A stretch of DNA of 64,000 nucleotides. Source: Eledone cirrhosa (Eukaryota). The stretch is taken from positions 150,102,001 to 150,166,000 of the forward strand of contig OZ024743.1 in the NCBI GenBank assembly GCA_964016885.1, written 5' to 3'. Positions 1 to 15,700 of this stretch are shown in pieces. Under the pieces are notes generated by a model. That model ran no database searches. It was not told the DNA's origin and saw nothing but the letters and a program-made list of their open reading frames with translations. The position numbers and the translations under genes are program-made. Position 1 is the first letter of the stretch; the number at the start of each line of letters is the position of its first letter.

Positions 1-460
1 TATTCATGGTGTTTATTTTTTTCTGTGAATGGAGATCAAGTAGATGGGATAGGGAAGAGAAGAAAAAAAAGGTCCCTACACTCCGCTCATCCTCAAATGC
101 TGTAAAACATAAAGTCATAATAAATAAAGGGAGGAACAGCTGAGTAAATAAAAGGAAGCATTTTGAATCCTACTATTTATATGGGTGAAAGCTGCTTATT
201 GAAATATTGAAAAATCAATATGAAAAGAAAAGGATACAGTAATAAGATGTAGTTGTGTGGTGTGTTGGAGGAAGCTGGGTGAAATATGCACCCAATTACA
301 GTGAGTGAAGAGAAAGAAAAGAATTAAATAAAGAAAAGAAGTTTTGGTATACACCACACTGTTTCTAACTAAATTATTTTATTCCTGAAATCCATTTCTA
401 TTCTTGCAATTGTATATATATTTATTACTATTATTATTATTAACAATAATGATAATAATG

Positions 461-657
461 ATTTCTACTATAGGCCAGCAATTTGGGGGAAGGGGAAGTC
501 AATTAAATTGACTCCAGTGCATTACTGGTACTTTATTTATCGACCACATAAGGATGACAGGCAAATCTAACCTCGGCGGGATTTGAGCTCAGACCTTAAA
601 GAACAGTAACTATATGCTGCAAAGCATGTTGTCTGATGCTCTACCGATACTGCCAAT
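461..657 (-). mobile_element. tRNA-derived SINE, near full length (octopus-type, MetaSINE-like central domain)
   Basis: Minus strand: A box TGGCAGTATCGGTAGAGC, B-box-like GCTCAAATCC, core GCCTGTCATCCTTATGTGGTCGATAAATAAAGTACCAG. Homologous to the adjacent copy. Confidence 0.8.
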
Positions 658-662
658 AATAA

Positions 663-845
663 TTGTTCTACGTTAGGCACAAGGCCAGCAATTACCCAGT
701 GCATTACTGGTACTTTATTTTATCGACCCCGTAAGGATGAAAGGCAAAGTTAACCTCGGCGGGATTTGAACTCAGAATGGCAAGGGCCGTAACTCTATGC
801 ATCAAAGCAGGGCGTCCGACCCTCTACCGATACTGCCAATCCACC
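663..845 (-). mobile_element. tRNA-derived SINE, full length, same family
   Basis: Minus strand: TGGCAGTATCGGTAGAG...GTTCAAATCCCGCCGAGGTTAACTTTGCCTTTCATCCTTACGGGGTCGATAAAATAAAGTACCAG. 3' half nearly identical to the copies at 7153, 48800 and 49119. Confidence 0.85.
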
Positions 846-1136
846 TAATATTTCAAATGAGGAAACGAGGCTAACAATTTGTTGTGAGGGGAAAGTCAAT
901 TAAATCAACCCTAATAGACTATAGATAAATGAAAATCTAAGTTGGTAAGATCAACTTTGCTTTTCATTCTTCCAGTGTCAACAAAATACTAGTTAAGTAC
1001 TGGGTTCGAGACAATTGCTCCCTGGTACATATTTTAAGAAATTATTGTTGAGATTGTTATGAGATAGTACCTGTCTTCACTTGGATAGATCAGCTAGTGT
1101 TTAGGTTCTAGACTGAACATTTCTGTTAGTATTTAA

Positions 1137-1259
1137 CTTCTAACATCCTGTAACATCCTAAGTGCTGTTTAGTACTTTTCAAGAACTGAAAAATACAAAA
1201 TAACATTTGAATTAACAAACCCAGATATTTTCTACTAAATCAGTACAGGATGTTAAAAG
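1137..1259. mobile_element. MITE with TTAA target duplication (piggyBac-like non-autonomous)
   Basis: TIRs CTTCTAACATCCTGTA / TACAGGATGTTAAAAG flanked by TTAA at 1133-1136 and 1260-1263. Related copy at 39932-40147. Confidence 0.65.
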
Positions 1260-2321
1260 TTAAAAAGGAAGAGAACCAGAAAATGAAAAATTCTGTTATT
1301 TTGGCATATAAAATATAAAAATAATTACTATTATTATTGCATATAAATAGGTGTGTTTATATATAAAGTGCCTATTTGTAAGTAGCAGTACAGTTAATCT
1401 AGGTATATATAGATATAGAATGACAGTAATTTGATACCAAATGGTGAGCTAGACAATAAATTTTTGCCAGAGTGTATGTGTATATATGTGTGTATGTGTG
1501 TTCGTGTGTCTGTCTATATATGTATGTCCGTGTGTCTGTCTACGTATGTGTGTGCATACCTATGTATGTATGTGTGTGCATACCTATGTATGTATGTGTG
1601 TGTATGTATATGTATATATATGTAAATACACATACTTATATATATATATAAGTATTGTTCATATAGGGGCTTATATGCTTTACTTGACCAACTATTTTCT
1701 AGTTAAATCTGCATGGTAGCAGCTCACAATATGTTAACATACTTTCAAAATTTAAATATGCACATCGCTTTGTAAAATGATTATATTATATTAAATTTGA
1801 CCTTTTTTGTAACTATTTATTTTCTTTGTTTTAAATATATTATCTTCATTCATTACTTAATTTCAAAATTTTTCTTCATACATATTTTTTTTACCATGTA
1901 GGAACTATACTTTAATTTATTTTCCAAGATGTAACAATTGTTATTTTCCAGCTAGGCTCCCTTCTACTTTAAATATTTAATATTTCTATAATTGTGTTGG
2001 ATTTGTGCATCAATATTTAAAAAAAGGAATAATAGTTTGAGATGAATTATTTAAAAAATATTCTTCTTTCTATTTTAGAAATTAGACTAGGTTGCAAAAA
2101 AAGTTATAAAAGAAAATTACATTAATTACATCTGAAAAAATTAAATAGTTAACATACATTGTGAAAATTTGCATAATTCTTAAATTGAAATATATCTAAA
2201 TATGATTATTGAATCACTTCTATTTCCATTCATTTTTCCTCCTAAGATATTTGCCCACATGCATATAAACATATATGCATGTATACTATGTTCAATAAAA
2301 TTAATTGAAATTAGTAATACC

Positions 2322-2366
<45 letters not shown>

Positions 2367-2726
2367 TCATCAAGGAACCCCTTAAAATAAAAGAAACTAA
2401 AATGAATATAGTATCTTTTTAGATATATTGAAATTATATACAACTTCTGACTCTAGATTTTGTTTTTGTTTTAAATAATATATTATTTTCCTTGTGTGTA
2501 TAAAAAATTATTTTAAATAGTTTTAAATATTCCTAACTGTATTCAAATTTATTATAGAATGATCAAAAGCAAACAGTTTCAAATTTATAAAAATATGTAT
2601 GTATTTTAAAGTGTATATGTATGTGTTGTATGCTTCAATTATATATACACATACAGACATGTAGAGAGAAAGAGTGAGAGTGCCCTGTTTGTACACAATC
2701 TAAATTCATCTTTTCTATTTTTGTCC

Positions 2727-2774
<48 letters not shown>

Positions 2775-2895
2775 ATATACTTATATTTGCACAGACTGAA
2801 TACATGGTAACCTGCTTGCTTCTGTAATTTAGAATGTGAAATGAATGTAATTATGATATACTATATATATATACACTGGCATTTGTTTGTGTATA

Positions 2896-2946
<51 letters not shown>

Positions 2947-4391
2947 GTATGTATAGACATGCATATATATGCATATACATTTTTACATGTATGTTTACAA
3001 ATATGTTGTTTATTTATCTCATATATCTTCCTCTGGTATCTTGAACATATCTAAAAATCCTTTAAACAGTTCCTATCTCTTATCAATATTTCATATTCTA
3101 ATGTCCCATTTAATTGCCTACATTATGTGTAATGAAGTACATATTATCATAGAGCAGACTATGATTATTATTAATAATTTACCTATACATTTGATGATAA
3201 TATTTCAATAGAAGATAACATCCGATTTGTTCTTTCCCTCCTTAGCTAAGAATTCATTTTCATTGGGCACAGTTTGTTTTGATTATACTGATTAATTTAG
3301 CTTTTAAGTTTTCATTAAAAATCCTGTTTTTAATTTTATGTAATCTCTCTCAAGATTTTACTATATTGCCTTTAGTAGTAAACAAAGTTGAGAAACTTCT
3401 GTTAGATTGTTTGTTATTTGTCTCTTATTTTTTTAGTTTTTCCTATTATGAAAACACAAATATTTGAATTATTTTTCTAGTATATATTTGTTTTAGAATT
3501 TGATCAAAAAGATGCTGAAAATCTAATATATATATATGTTCTAGGAGTTAAAGAAATGGAGAAAGGATGTAAATTAGTTTGCTTTTTAAGATTGATTGAG
3601 TTTAAAATTTATAAGTTTGTTTTGAGTTAAATATTTTGTATACTAGATGGTGCCACACTTTAATTTCTCTATATAGAAGTAATGGGAAGAAAGAAGGAAA
3701 ATTTGCTACTTTTTAAAAAGATGTATTTTAGATTTTATGAAGAAATACATTTAGATTTAAAATAACAATAGCTTATGAATGATAGTTTTACAAAAGTGTA
3801 TTCTCAAGCAAAATAGTTGTTTATTTTTTATATATATATTTTATTTCTTTTAGAACAGGTATAAATTTCTGAAATATTATGTCTATAAACTACAAACTAA
3901 ATAAGACATCAACTTCAACATTACAATTCTTCAAATGAGTTTTTCAAAGTTAGGAGGCCAGTTGTTTTATATTTTTAGGAGACTAGAAATGATTATCATT
4001 ACTCTCTAATATATATCCATTTCTCTGGAACTGTAGACATTTTTTTTTTATTAGCATCCTGTGGTAGCTGTAGAAAGTTAACCATATTTCTAATGAAATA
4101 CACCACCTATGTTTTCTAATTAGTTTTGTAAATAAGCAACACTAGGAAGGAATTTAGTGAAATAATTATCAATAACAATAAGCTGGATGTTAATAGATAG
4201 CTTAATAAAAATATTCTTTTATATTTTTATTCAAATATAAATACTTTAAAACAAGGTTTGTCATCATAGAATCATTTCTTTATATATATATAATGCCAAG
4301 AGTTTTCGAAGAATAGATGAAGGAAAAAATGATCTATATAATGTAAAGAGCTAAAATATATTATATGAATAAGATCTCTACAGAATTGAAT

Positions 4392-4466
4392 GCTACCTAA
4401 GGTTTCAAACTTCAACCAGCATAGGGCATAGACATTCTATATGTGTTAGTTTAGTTATCTTCAGGC
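4392..4466 (-). ncRNA. Degenerate type I hammerhead ribozyme in a Penelope-like remnant (about 4292-4466) between TA tracts
   Basis: Minus strand: GC-CTGAAGA-imperfect long stem II (AACTAAACTAACA/TGCTGGTTGAAGTT)-GAAACCTTAGGTA-GC. Stem I is only 2 bp. Confidence 0.45.
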
Positions 4467-4498
<32 letters not shown>

Positions 4499-4828
4499 GC
4501 CTTTCTCTGTCTTATCTTCACCTATACTTCTTATAAGTATTAAAAGATTTCATATAATTTACAATATTAAAAGTCAACAGTCTATGTAGGAATGAAAAGG
4601 AAATTTTCAAGTATAATTCCTATACTACTTAATGTCTACTCCATTCCTTTCCTTATATTAGATCTGAAATTTAAATGGCTAGAAATGGCTAGAAAGGTCA
4701 TAGTTGATTAAATCAACCCCAGTACTACTTCATTATATTTTATTAATTCTGATAATAAAGAAAGTATTATATTTTATTAATTCTGAAAGGACAAAAGTCA
4801 AAGCTGACACTAGCAGGATGTGTGTTTG

Positions 4829-4865
<37 letters not shown>

Positions 4866-5270
4866 GTATGTCCATCTCTCTCTCTATATATATATATGTG
4901 TGTGTTTGTGTATACATATATATATATATATATACATCATCATCATCATCATTTTACATCTGCTTTTCCCTGCTTTTAAATACTACAGAGAACTAAAATA
5001 TAGATATCTCAGAAAGATCCATAAAATATGCATCCAAGGCAAGGACAGTTAGATAAATAGCTATTAATTTACACTTAAAAAGAAATACTTTTAAAATTGT
5101 ATTTCATATGTGATATTTTAACTGGCAGGGGATATTTGAAATATGTCATATCATATATGTTATACTTTGTTGCATATATATAGCAATTATAAAATGTAAT
5201 ATTTAGCAGATTGTATAATAAAATATAATCCGTTATAGCTCATTCTTTACTAATATTGTAATTTATTTAT

Positions 5271-6326
5271 AATAATAATTATGATAACAGCAACAATATA
5301 GTTAATAATAATTATGATAACAGCAACAATATAGTTAATAATAATTATGATAACAACAACAATATAGTTAATAATAATTATGATAACAACAACAATATAG
5401 TTAATAATAATTATGATAACAACAACAATATAGTTAATAATAATTATGATAACAACAACAATATAGTTAATAATAATTATGATAACAACAACAATATAGT
5501 TAATAATAATTATGATAACAGCAACAATATAGTTAATAATAATTATGATAACAGCAACAATATAGTTAATAATAATTATGATAACAGCAACAATATAGTT
5601 AATAATAATTATGATAACAGCAACAATATAGTTAATAATAATTATGATAACAGCAACAATATAGTTAATAATAATTATGATAACAACAACAATATAGTTA
5701 ATAATAATTATGATAACAGCAACAATATAGTTAATAATAATTATGATAACAACAACAATATAGTTAATAATAATTATGATAACAGCAACAATATAGTTAA
5801 TAATAATTATGATAACAGCAACAATATAGTTAATAATAATTATGATAACAACAACAATATAGTTAATAATAATTATGATAACAGCAACAATATAGTTAAT
5901 AATAATTATGATAACAACAACAATATAGTTAATAATAATTATGATAACAGCAACAATATAGTTAATAATAATTATGATAACAACAACAATATAGTTAATA
6001 ATAATTATGATAACAGCAACAATATAGTTAATAATAATTATGATAACAGCAACAATATAGTTAATAATAATTATGATAACAACAACAATATAGTTAATAA
6101 TAATTATGATAACAGCAACAATATAGTTAATAATAATTATGATAACAACAACAATATAGTTAATAATAATTATGATAACAGCAACAATATAGTTAATAAT
6201 AATTATGATAACAACAACAATATAGTTAATAATAATTATGATAACAACAACAATATAGTTAATAATAATTATGATAACAACAACAATATAGTTAATAATA
6301 ATTATGATAATAACAACAATATAGTT
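5271..6326. repeat. 33-bp minisatellite, 32 copies
   Basis: Unit AATAATAATTATGATAACA(G/A)CAACAATATAGTT, counted directly. Essentially one variable position. Confidence 0.97.
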
Positions 6327-7152
6327 ATTAATAATGATTAATTGGCCATTATTAATAATTGTTTATTTATCTATTAGATACACTAAAGAAAGAAAACAGA
6401 CAAATTAACTAAGGGGGTTATGATAGCAATAGATGCATGTGTAAATATTGAACTATTTTAAGTATATTGGATAAATATACATCATATAAATATCAATGAA
6501 TAATAAATAATAGATCCATTAGAATAAAGTTTATACATTTTATATAGTCAATAAAAAAGTATTTCATTTGATGTGTGTGTGTGTGTATTACGTTTTGGCA
6601 AAGTTAACTTTTAATTACTAACAAAGTTTCCAATGAAATATTACTAATTAATTAACTGTACTTAGTTATTTAAAATCTGTTTTATATAGATCTTACTCCA
6701 AGTAAAGTTTGAGAAGAAATACATGTATGATAGTGTAGTAACAGGTGTTATATTCATACAACAATTAGTGCTTGTTTTATGTTGAATTTGATGATAAACT
6801 GAAAATCATTGTAATTATTTTGTCAACATTTTTTTTTCTCTTTCTTTATTTGAATATAAATCATTGTACTGTCTCTTTGCTGAGATTGTTGATAGTGGAT
6901 GTGACATTGTGATGGGAGTTCCTTTCAACCCCATTACTACTGTGAGTGTACATAAGTATGAACATACTATCTCTCACATACAAGGATGTGTATAATCATG
7001 AAAATGTGTTTATACCTTCAGGTGTACATCAGTATAACATGAAAATATACATGCAGAAATTTTAACATCTAAAATTTGTCAATACAATTTTTTACATCAG
7101 TTCTTTCCAAAGTTATTTAATTGGAGAACCCATATATATATATAGTAATAAT

Positions 7153-7240
7153 TGTTTTTACTTTTGGCACAAGGCCAGCAATTACCCAGTGCATTACTGG
7201 TACTTTATTTTATCAACCCCGTAAGGATGAAAGGCAAAGT
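7153..7240 (-). mobile_element. 5'-truncated SINE with 14-bp target site duplication
   Basis: 3' half of the 663-845 SINE, flanked by TATATAGTAATAAT at 7139-7152 and 7241-7254. Confidence 0.85.
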
Positions 7241-7275
7241 TATATAGTAATAATAATAATAAATGTGAAGACATA

Positions 7276-7752
<477 letters not shown>

Positions 7753-9036
7753 TCTCTTTTACTCATTTACCTGTTCCAGCCATCTGGCTGAGGCCATCCT
7801 AGGGTACCCTCTATGTTGCATTGGCTGACCATTGATGTAGGAGAGAGTACATTGCTGCTGCCTTTAAGTTACCTTCATTCCGTAATGTGTGAATGAAACA
7901 ATGCATTGTCACTCATTTCTATACCTGGCCCTGTGTAGCTTTTTGTACTCTCCTTTTGTTTGTTGGTTGATATCGTAGGGCTTGAAATTTTCAAGCATTA
8001 AATTGCATGTTGTTGTCCTCAGCCCATTTGTATATGACATCCAGATCTTGTAAAAGAGAAGCATCAGCTGCGTTCTTGATTGTGCCTGTGCTATCTTTGT
8101 GTACTCAGCATAGCTAGTGAAGGATGTTGTATGTACTAAAGGGAGCATGTCTGAAAGAGCCACCTAAAACACTAGTGGTCCCAAGACCATACGCTGGGGC
8201 ACCTCACTTGTTATTGATGTTTCCTTTGAGAGGACCCGTTGGATGCAACGGTCAGGCTTCTGTCTTTTAAGAAGTCGTGCGGCCACTCACCTACTTATCC
8301 AGTTATGCCGAATCTGTCTAGGATGTGACATGTCATTCCATGGTCGACCTTGTCGAAGGCCTTCATAACTTCAAGATATATCATGTCCACATTTGTGCTG
8401 TCCAGCAATTTTTTCAGTACTAAGTCATAGTGTTGTAAAAGCTGTGTAAGGCAGCATCTTCCCAGGTGAGTGTTAGTTAGGTAGTCATTTTACTGAAGGA
8501 ACATGATCAATTTCTTTCTGATGATTCATTCCATGACCTTATGGATATGTGAGGTCAGAGAGACTGGCCAGTGATTTTTAACCTTTGCTCTGCTTCCTCT
8601 TTTATGGATAGGGCATATTTTGCCTTCTTTTAGCTCTCTGAGTAGTTTACCGCTAACCAGAGAACTTCTGAAGAGGATCTTCATTGGTCATACTAAGGAA
8701 TGCTTGCATGTTTTTAGGAGGATTGTTGGGAATCTATCAGGTCCAGCAGCTGAGTTTGTTCTCATTTCTTCTATAGCTGATATTACATCTTCCTCCATTA
8801 TATCTATGTGGTTGATGGTCGCCATTTCACCATATAGTGCTGTGGCATCAAAGTATTCCCTTGGCTTTGTTATTTGCATGTGCCTCATTGGGGGTATTGT
8901 TCATTCAGTATCGCACTTACCCACTGAGGATCCTCGGTCAATGAGCCATTTTTATAGAAAAGAGGCCCAACCTTGCAGTGTACCGAGACAGATTCTTTTG
9001 CAAATTTAAAGAAGGCCTTAGTGTTTGTTTTAATAT
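7753..9036 (-). mobile_element. Degenerate CR1-like LINE fragment (RT region plus 3' end, internally deleted)
   Basis: Minus-strand peptides [39 protein letters not shown], a decayed YADD (SYAEYTKI) and GIEMSDNALFHSH, with frameshifts. 7753-7880 is homologous to the 3' end and tail of the LINE at 63017. Confidence 0.85.
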
Positions 9037-9039
9037 ATT

Positions 9040-9740
<701 letters not shown>

Positions 9741-10735
9741 AATAGGGGAAGTTTTTTCTCTCCTCTCTGCTAAAGAAAATGACGTTAAAATCATAGCAAA
9801 GAAATATAAAAAATGAAATAATTTATTTTGTATCACAATAAAAATTTATACCAAATTTTCTTACAAAAGTATTCCCATATCTCCAATCTTTATAAATAAA
9901 GGATGCTGCTTGCATCGGTATAAGATTAAAATATTGCCCAATGTTTATAGCTTGTCTCTATTGTCTCACAAACTTGCTATGGTTGTTAAATACCCCAGTT
10001 TACCCCTCCCATTAGCATTTCACTATGCTTATTTTTGTATGATATAGTCTGGCCATGTTACATTAAGCTTTGCTGTCCAGCCTGTTTTGTTATTTGTCTC
10101 TGTAAAGAGACCTGCAATGCTCTCTTTTGGGACATTATATTGGATTGTTGTGGTCCCTAACCAAATGCTTTCTGTTAAATTAACTGCTGTCCCTCATATT
10201 ATTATTTGTATTAAAACCAAAATTACTGATTCAGTTGAATGTTGTTGTTTTTTAAAATTGTTCTTAGTTTTATGCCTCCCTAATTGATACTTAAGAAATG
10301 AGCAAAACTATTCATTGACTGCACAGAAGAATGAAATAACCTTCTATGCACTGAACTTATTTGTGTCATACTAATATTTATTTATATCCCAGATTTAACT
10401 CATAATGGCCAGATAATAAATCATAAAACATCTTAGAGGTTTCTTTGTTAGGCCCCAGAGATTTGTCTGAATTTTTCGTACCCCCTCATATTGAATTAAA
10501 TAGATAACTATTTCAAGAGCTATTTGTCTGTCTATCACACACACACATACATTTTTCATGTATTTAAAATTATGTGCAACAAATCCTTCTCTTCTGTTTT
10601 CCTCTAATCAGTTGGTAGTTGGCCGACTGAATGCATGCATGTGTTTTTTTTTCTCCTCAGTTTTTTTTTATTATTTTCCCTGTTCCTTCCTCTTACCACT
10701 CTTTACTTTCTATTTATCTTCTATTTTTAACTCTA

Positions 10736-10771
10736 TCTTCTGATGAAGGACTAGTGTCCGAAACGTTGAGA
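10736..10771 (+). ncRNA. Minimal type I hammerhead ribozyme of Penelope-like-element type, within a repeat remnant at about 10640-10865
   Basis: TCTT-CTGATGA-A-GGAC(TAGT)GTCC-GAAA-CGTT-GAGA: stem I TCTT/GAGA, stem II GGAC/GTCC, palindromic minimal stem III (AACGTT). Confidence 0.7.
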
Positions 10772-10910
10772 CTCTCTTCCTTTTAATTCAAGCATTAAGC
10801 TAATATATTTCTTCCATGTACTGTGCCTTTTGCTTTGTTATTTTTGTTATTTGCTTATCTTTTACATACACACACACATATATATATATATATATGGATG
10901 TATGTGTATA

Positions 10911-10945
<35 letters not shown>

Positions 10946-11967
10946 ATGAAAAGTGGTTCACAAATGTGGTTTGAAGTTGAATTTCATTTCTCCAGTGTTG
11001 ATTCCATTACTGGTGAAGAAATAACAATAGATGTTATGTGTAGTACTTTCTAGTTATATTTGTCTTTATTTAAATGGCTCTGTAATCCTATTTAGCTTCA
11101 GGTTAGCTTGGATCTGGGAAATATATGATCAACAGCATTTCTACCATGACCATCCAATAGATATCTTTTTTCTCATTGTATCTAAAATCACACTAATGTA
11201 TTCTTTTGTTAAGAATGGAGGATGTGATTTGCAGATTTCACTGTTGTTTCTGGCAAGCTGAGCCACTGCATAGAGTTCCCTCAGCTGAAATATGCAAGTT
11301 TAATCCTTGTATGTAGGTGTGTTGGTTTGTTGTATGCTGTACTACATCTGCTCAGTTGTCTGTCAGTATGTATGTATGTTTGCATACATAGGCACAGCAC
11401 ATGTATTTAAAAGCAGTTAGGTGTGTGTAGGTACTGGGATAACTTTAACTAGTTCTGCTTCAGTGCCACTCCAGACACAATATACTTTTCAACTTCCCCA
11501 TCTGCTGAAACTGCTTGATCCAATGTCTTGACTCTGTTTTCAACACCTAGCCTAATTTACTGACTGTTCTGGGACCTCAGCCAACTATTTTGTTTCTATT
11601 TCATATGAAGCCTTTTTCGAACTTTAGTTATAGTAACATCTGCAATAACGACAACAACAGTAACAACAGTAGTTGATACTGGTTTCTTTCATTTCTTTCC
11701 TGTTTTTAAACTCTGTGATGCTAAAACACTGTGAAGTCTCTCCACTACCAATTGCTTCTAAGTAAGTGTGTTGTGGTGGTAGTGGTGTTGGGTAGACCCA
11801 TCACTCAGTAGAAGAGAAGACATCTGGCAGTTAAATACTTTTTTTACTTTATCTCTCTCTTGATATATACACACATGTACATACATCTATCTATCTATCT
11901 ATATATATAATAATAAAGAAACATATCTATATATATAGAGAGAGATAGATAGATATATAGGTGTGTG

Positions 11968-12036
<69 letters not shown>

Positions 12037-12560
12037 ACACACACAAGGTTATATATAGATATACATGTATTGTGCAGAGTATGTATACATGTTTACACAT
12101 GTATATATATATATATATATTATATACACATATATGTCAGAGTTTTTCACACAAATGCATACTAGCAAATATACAGAGCTGAGTAGGGAGATTATACTGA
12201 TTGGAAGGCAGGGAGAGTTGCATGAGGCATGCCCCCAACCTGGGGTGGGGACACACTAAAGATGAATATTATGATAAATAGATGCTGACCTTGTTGAACT
12301 TGTTTCTTTTCCTTTCACCTACTAAGGAAAGAATAAATAACTAAAAGAACAAATTAGCTTTCAACTATATATTTGTGCTGCCTATCACCACAGGGGGTTA
12401 TTTGCCTTACCCCACTACTTGTATGAGGGTAGATGTTGATGGATGATTTATGGTAAATTACTGATTGATTTGAGCTATTCATTTAGAACAAATATTTCTC
12501 ACTTCTCTCTCTCTCATACTTCTCATACTTTTCTACACTCATACAGAAATATATATATAT

Positions 12561-12618
<58 letters not shown>

Positions 12619-12701
12619 CACCCTTATATTATTTTGTAGTACATTTTCCTCTGTCTATGAATGTATCTTCATATGATTGTAAGTACCTAAGTATGTACAC
12701 A

Positions 12702-12765
<64 letters not shown>

Positions 12766-15700
12766 TCACACTCTCAGACATAAACAAACATTGAAACAGT
12801 GAGTCACATAGGCTGACAAAGTAATTTTGAAAGGTTAAAAGAAAAGGGAATAGCAGGTTATAAAATAGTGTGGGTAAATTTTTTGAAAATATTAACCCTT
12901 TTCTATTACTACTTATAATTTTCAATAATCAAGAATTTGGGGGGAATTTCGTTCTTATCCTCGTGTCCATAACGTAAAATTATGGTGGTAGGTGTTTAGT
13001 TCAATATAAACACTTTAAAGTAATCTGTTTTGTTTTATAGAATTTAGGGCAATTTCAATTGAGTTAATATCAAAAGAGTTAAGAATAAAAATGTTGGCCT
13101 CACATACAAAACTCACACTTTCATATAATCTTATACAACCTATGTTGTGCGGCCACCTAGAAAGTTACTGTTATTAGTGTACTTTAATTTCTATTTATGT
13201 TATAAGAGTGAAAGAAGCATGTAGAAATACTGAAACTAATTGTAATAATTTGTTTTTAAAATTGGTCAGAAGATGCTAAAGAATATCTACTTGAATTAAC
13301 TATTTAACCTTAAATGAAATTAATTGTATATCTGGTTCCATCTTGGTATCTCATATCCTCATAATATATCATATCCTCATAATATATCATATTATCAATA
13401 TTGTAATATTTTATCCCAAATTATCTATACAACTGTCTATATGTGTTAGCAATGGTGTTGAAGGTATTACTCATATCTCTCTCTCTCTATTAGCTTACTA
13501 TATATTGGTGACCCTTCATTACAGATATACAAATATAAGCAAATGTGAGTGTATATAATAGAGACAACAACAAGCGTTTCAAGGTCAATTTCTCTGCTAA
13601 AGCAGCAGTTAGCTTTGCAGGGAGGTGGTACCTATGACAGGCTTAATACTTATCATGAGATCTATTATGAAGCAATGCTTTGCAGCCAGATGCCCTTCCT
13701 AATAACAGCCCTTTTAATCATCGAATAGTATGATAGAATAGACAGAAATATTTATCAAAATATTAGTTATTGTTGACCTTCTGTCAGATATATCTGAAAG
13801 TATGGTTTGTGTGAGATAAATGAAGAGAGGCTAGGAGTTGTGGAGAGAAATGAAAGCTCAGAAATGTTTTTTTACATCATCATAATCACTGATTAACATC
13901 TATTTTCCGTGCATGGGTTAAACAGTCTGTCACGTTATGAGGCTAAACAGGTGATATTTGTATGATCCAATTTTGGTTTGATTTCCTACTATTGGATCAT
14001 CATCATCACCATTTAATGTAAATTTTTCCACATTAGCATGGCTTGTCTTTCCTTACAGGGTGATCTGGGTACATTTTGTTATGTTGCCAATATGATTACC
14101 ATACAAGGTGGACTAAGTGCTTTTTGTTGTAACACCAGCACCACCACCATACAGGAAGGGTTGGGTGATATTTGTCATGGCACAAACACTGTTGGAGTGC
14201 AAGTGACATACTTATGAAATGCAAAGTAATTCTTCACACTATATATGGATACCAAATTCAAAATAACTTCATATTTATGATACCAACATTTTTTCCCTAG
14301 GTTTCGTGGATTTTCTTTGTCACCATTATTTAGCATTGATATAGAGAAAAATCTTAAAGAAAGAGCTCTTGAAATCTTGTAAAGATTTCATCGATTTGGT
14401 CTGTTTGATTAACTAAAAAAAAAAGACAATAATAAATTGGAAAAGAAAATTAGAAGAAAACATTTTTACATATATTTTCATGACAGAAAATGCTACACAA
14501 ACCTGTGTTTCTAAATATATAAAAACCTATATTTCTAAATATATAACCCTCTATTGATGTAGTATAATTTGATTTGGTCAGATGGGATTTAAGTAATTGC
14601 TAATGAAAATTAAGGGTTCAAGGAGACCAAAATATTTAGCAAATGTTTGAGAATTTCACTGTTAGGTTGAAGTAGTAGATTTAATTGTGGAACATTTGAT
14701 AATAATAATAATAAAGAAATAAGATATACCAAAGATCTGAAAAGAAAAGAAAGAAATTGATTAATCAGTGGAACAGTATTTTAAAACATTCAAACAGAAA
14801 TATGTGCTCACTGTAACAGTGGAATATACTGGAAATAAGAACTAGCATTAATGAGATGTAAAATGAACACGCACTTTGCAAATGTTTCTTTTATACATTC
14901 TATAAGAATAAATTCTTTTCAATGGTTTTTGTTTCAAATCTAGTGAAATGTACTGACTATAAAATATTCATTTTCCAGAAAGTATATAATATTTCAGATA
15001 TTAAAAAAAAGAATAAAATGAAAAAATAAAAATAATAAAAACTAGTGAAATATTCAATGTGCCAGTTTGATTTCCCTATTTCCTATATATAAAAATATTT
15101 GGTTCTTGAAATTCAATTTTATAAATAATTTTTAACAAAGTTGTTTTTAATCTGACATTCAATCTAGCTTTTGGCCATATCAATGCAGACTCACTTTAAA
15201 TGTTTATAACATGAAGCTTTGGCAGCTAGTTAAGATGAATTTCTATTATTTGTGCTGCATATCTTCTTTTTCTGCATACATGTATGCACACACACAAACA
15301 CACAATTCATAGACATGTTCTCATAAATATGGACTTCATCTTCAGAATCAATTATTATAACCCTCTCTTTCCCTTTCTTTAATAGATGTACATTATCATT
15401 ATTCAATTATTGATAATTTAAAACGAAAAAAAAAAGAAATTTATAACACAAAAACCACTGATTTATCCCGTAGCTTTAGAGTATAGGTTTCTAAAAATTA
15501 TAGTTTAGATGTTCATATTGCAACTAGACTGTGAAACAAGCCAAGGTGGCTGCTAAATAACTAGACTGTGTTGTGCTGCATGGCCCCAGTTACTTTCTTT
15601 TGGCAGTGCTATGAACTATAATCAAAGGTCACTTGTGTTCTTTGTTGACTGATTAAATATAGTGGGCTGAACATCTCTCTGCGCATCACTCTTCTCAGCC

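Noticed and set aside
5271-6326. CRISPR-like regular array
   Set aside because: Head-to-tail units with no unique spacers, no cas genes, eukaryotic context.
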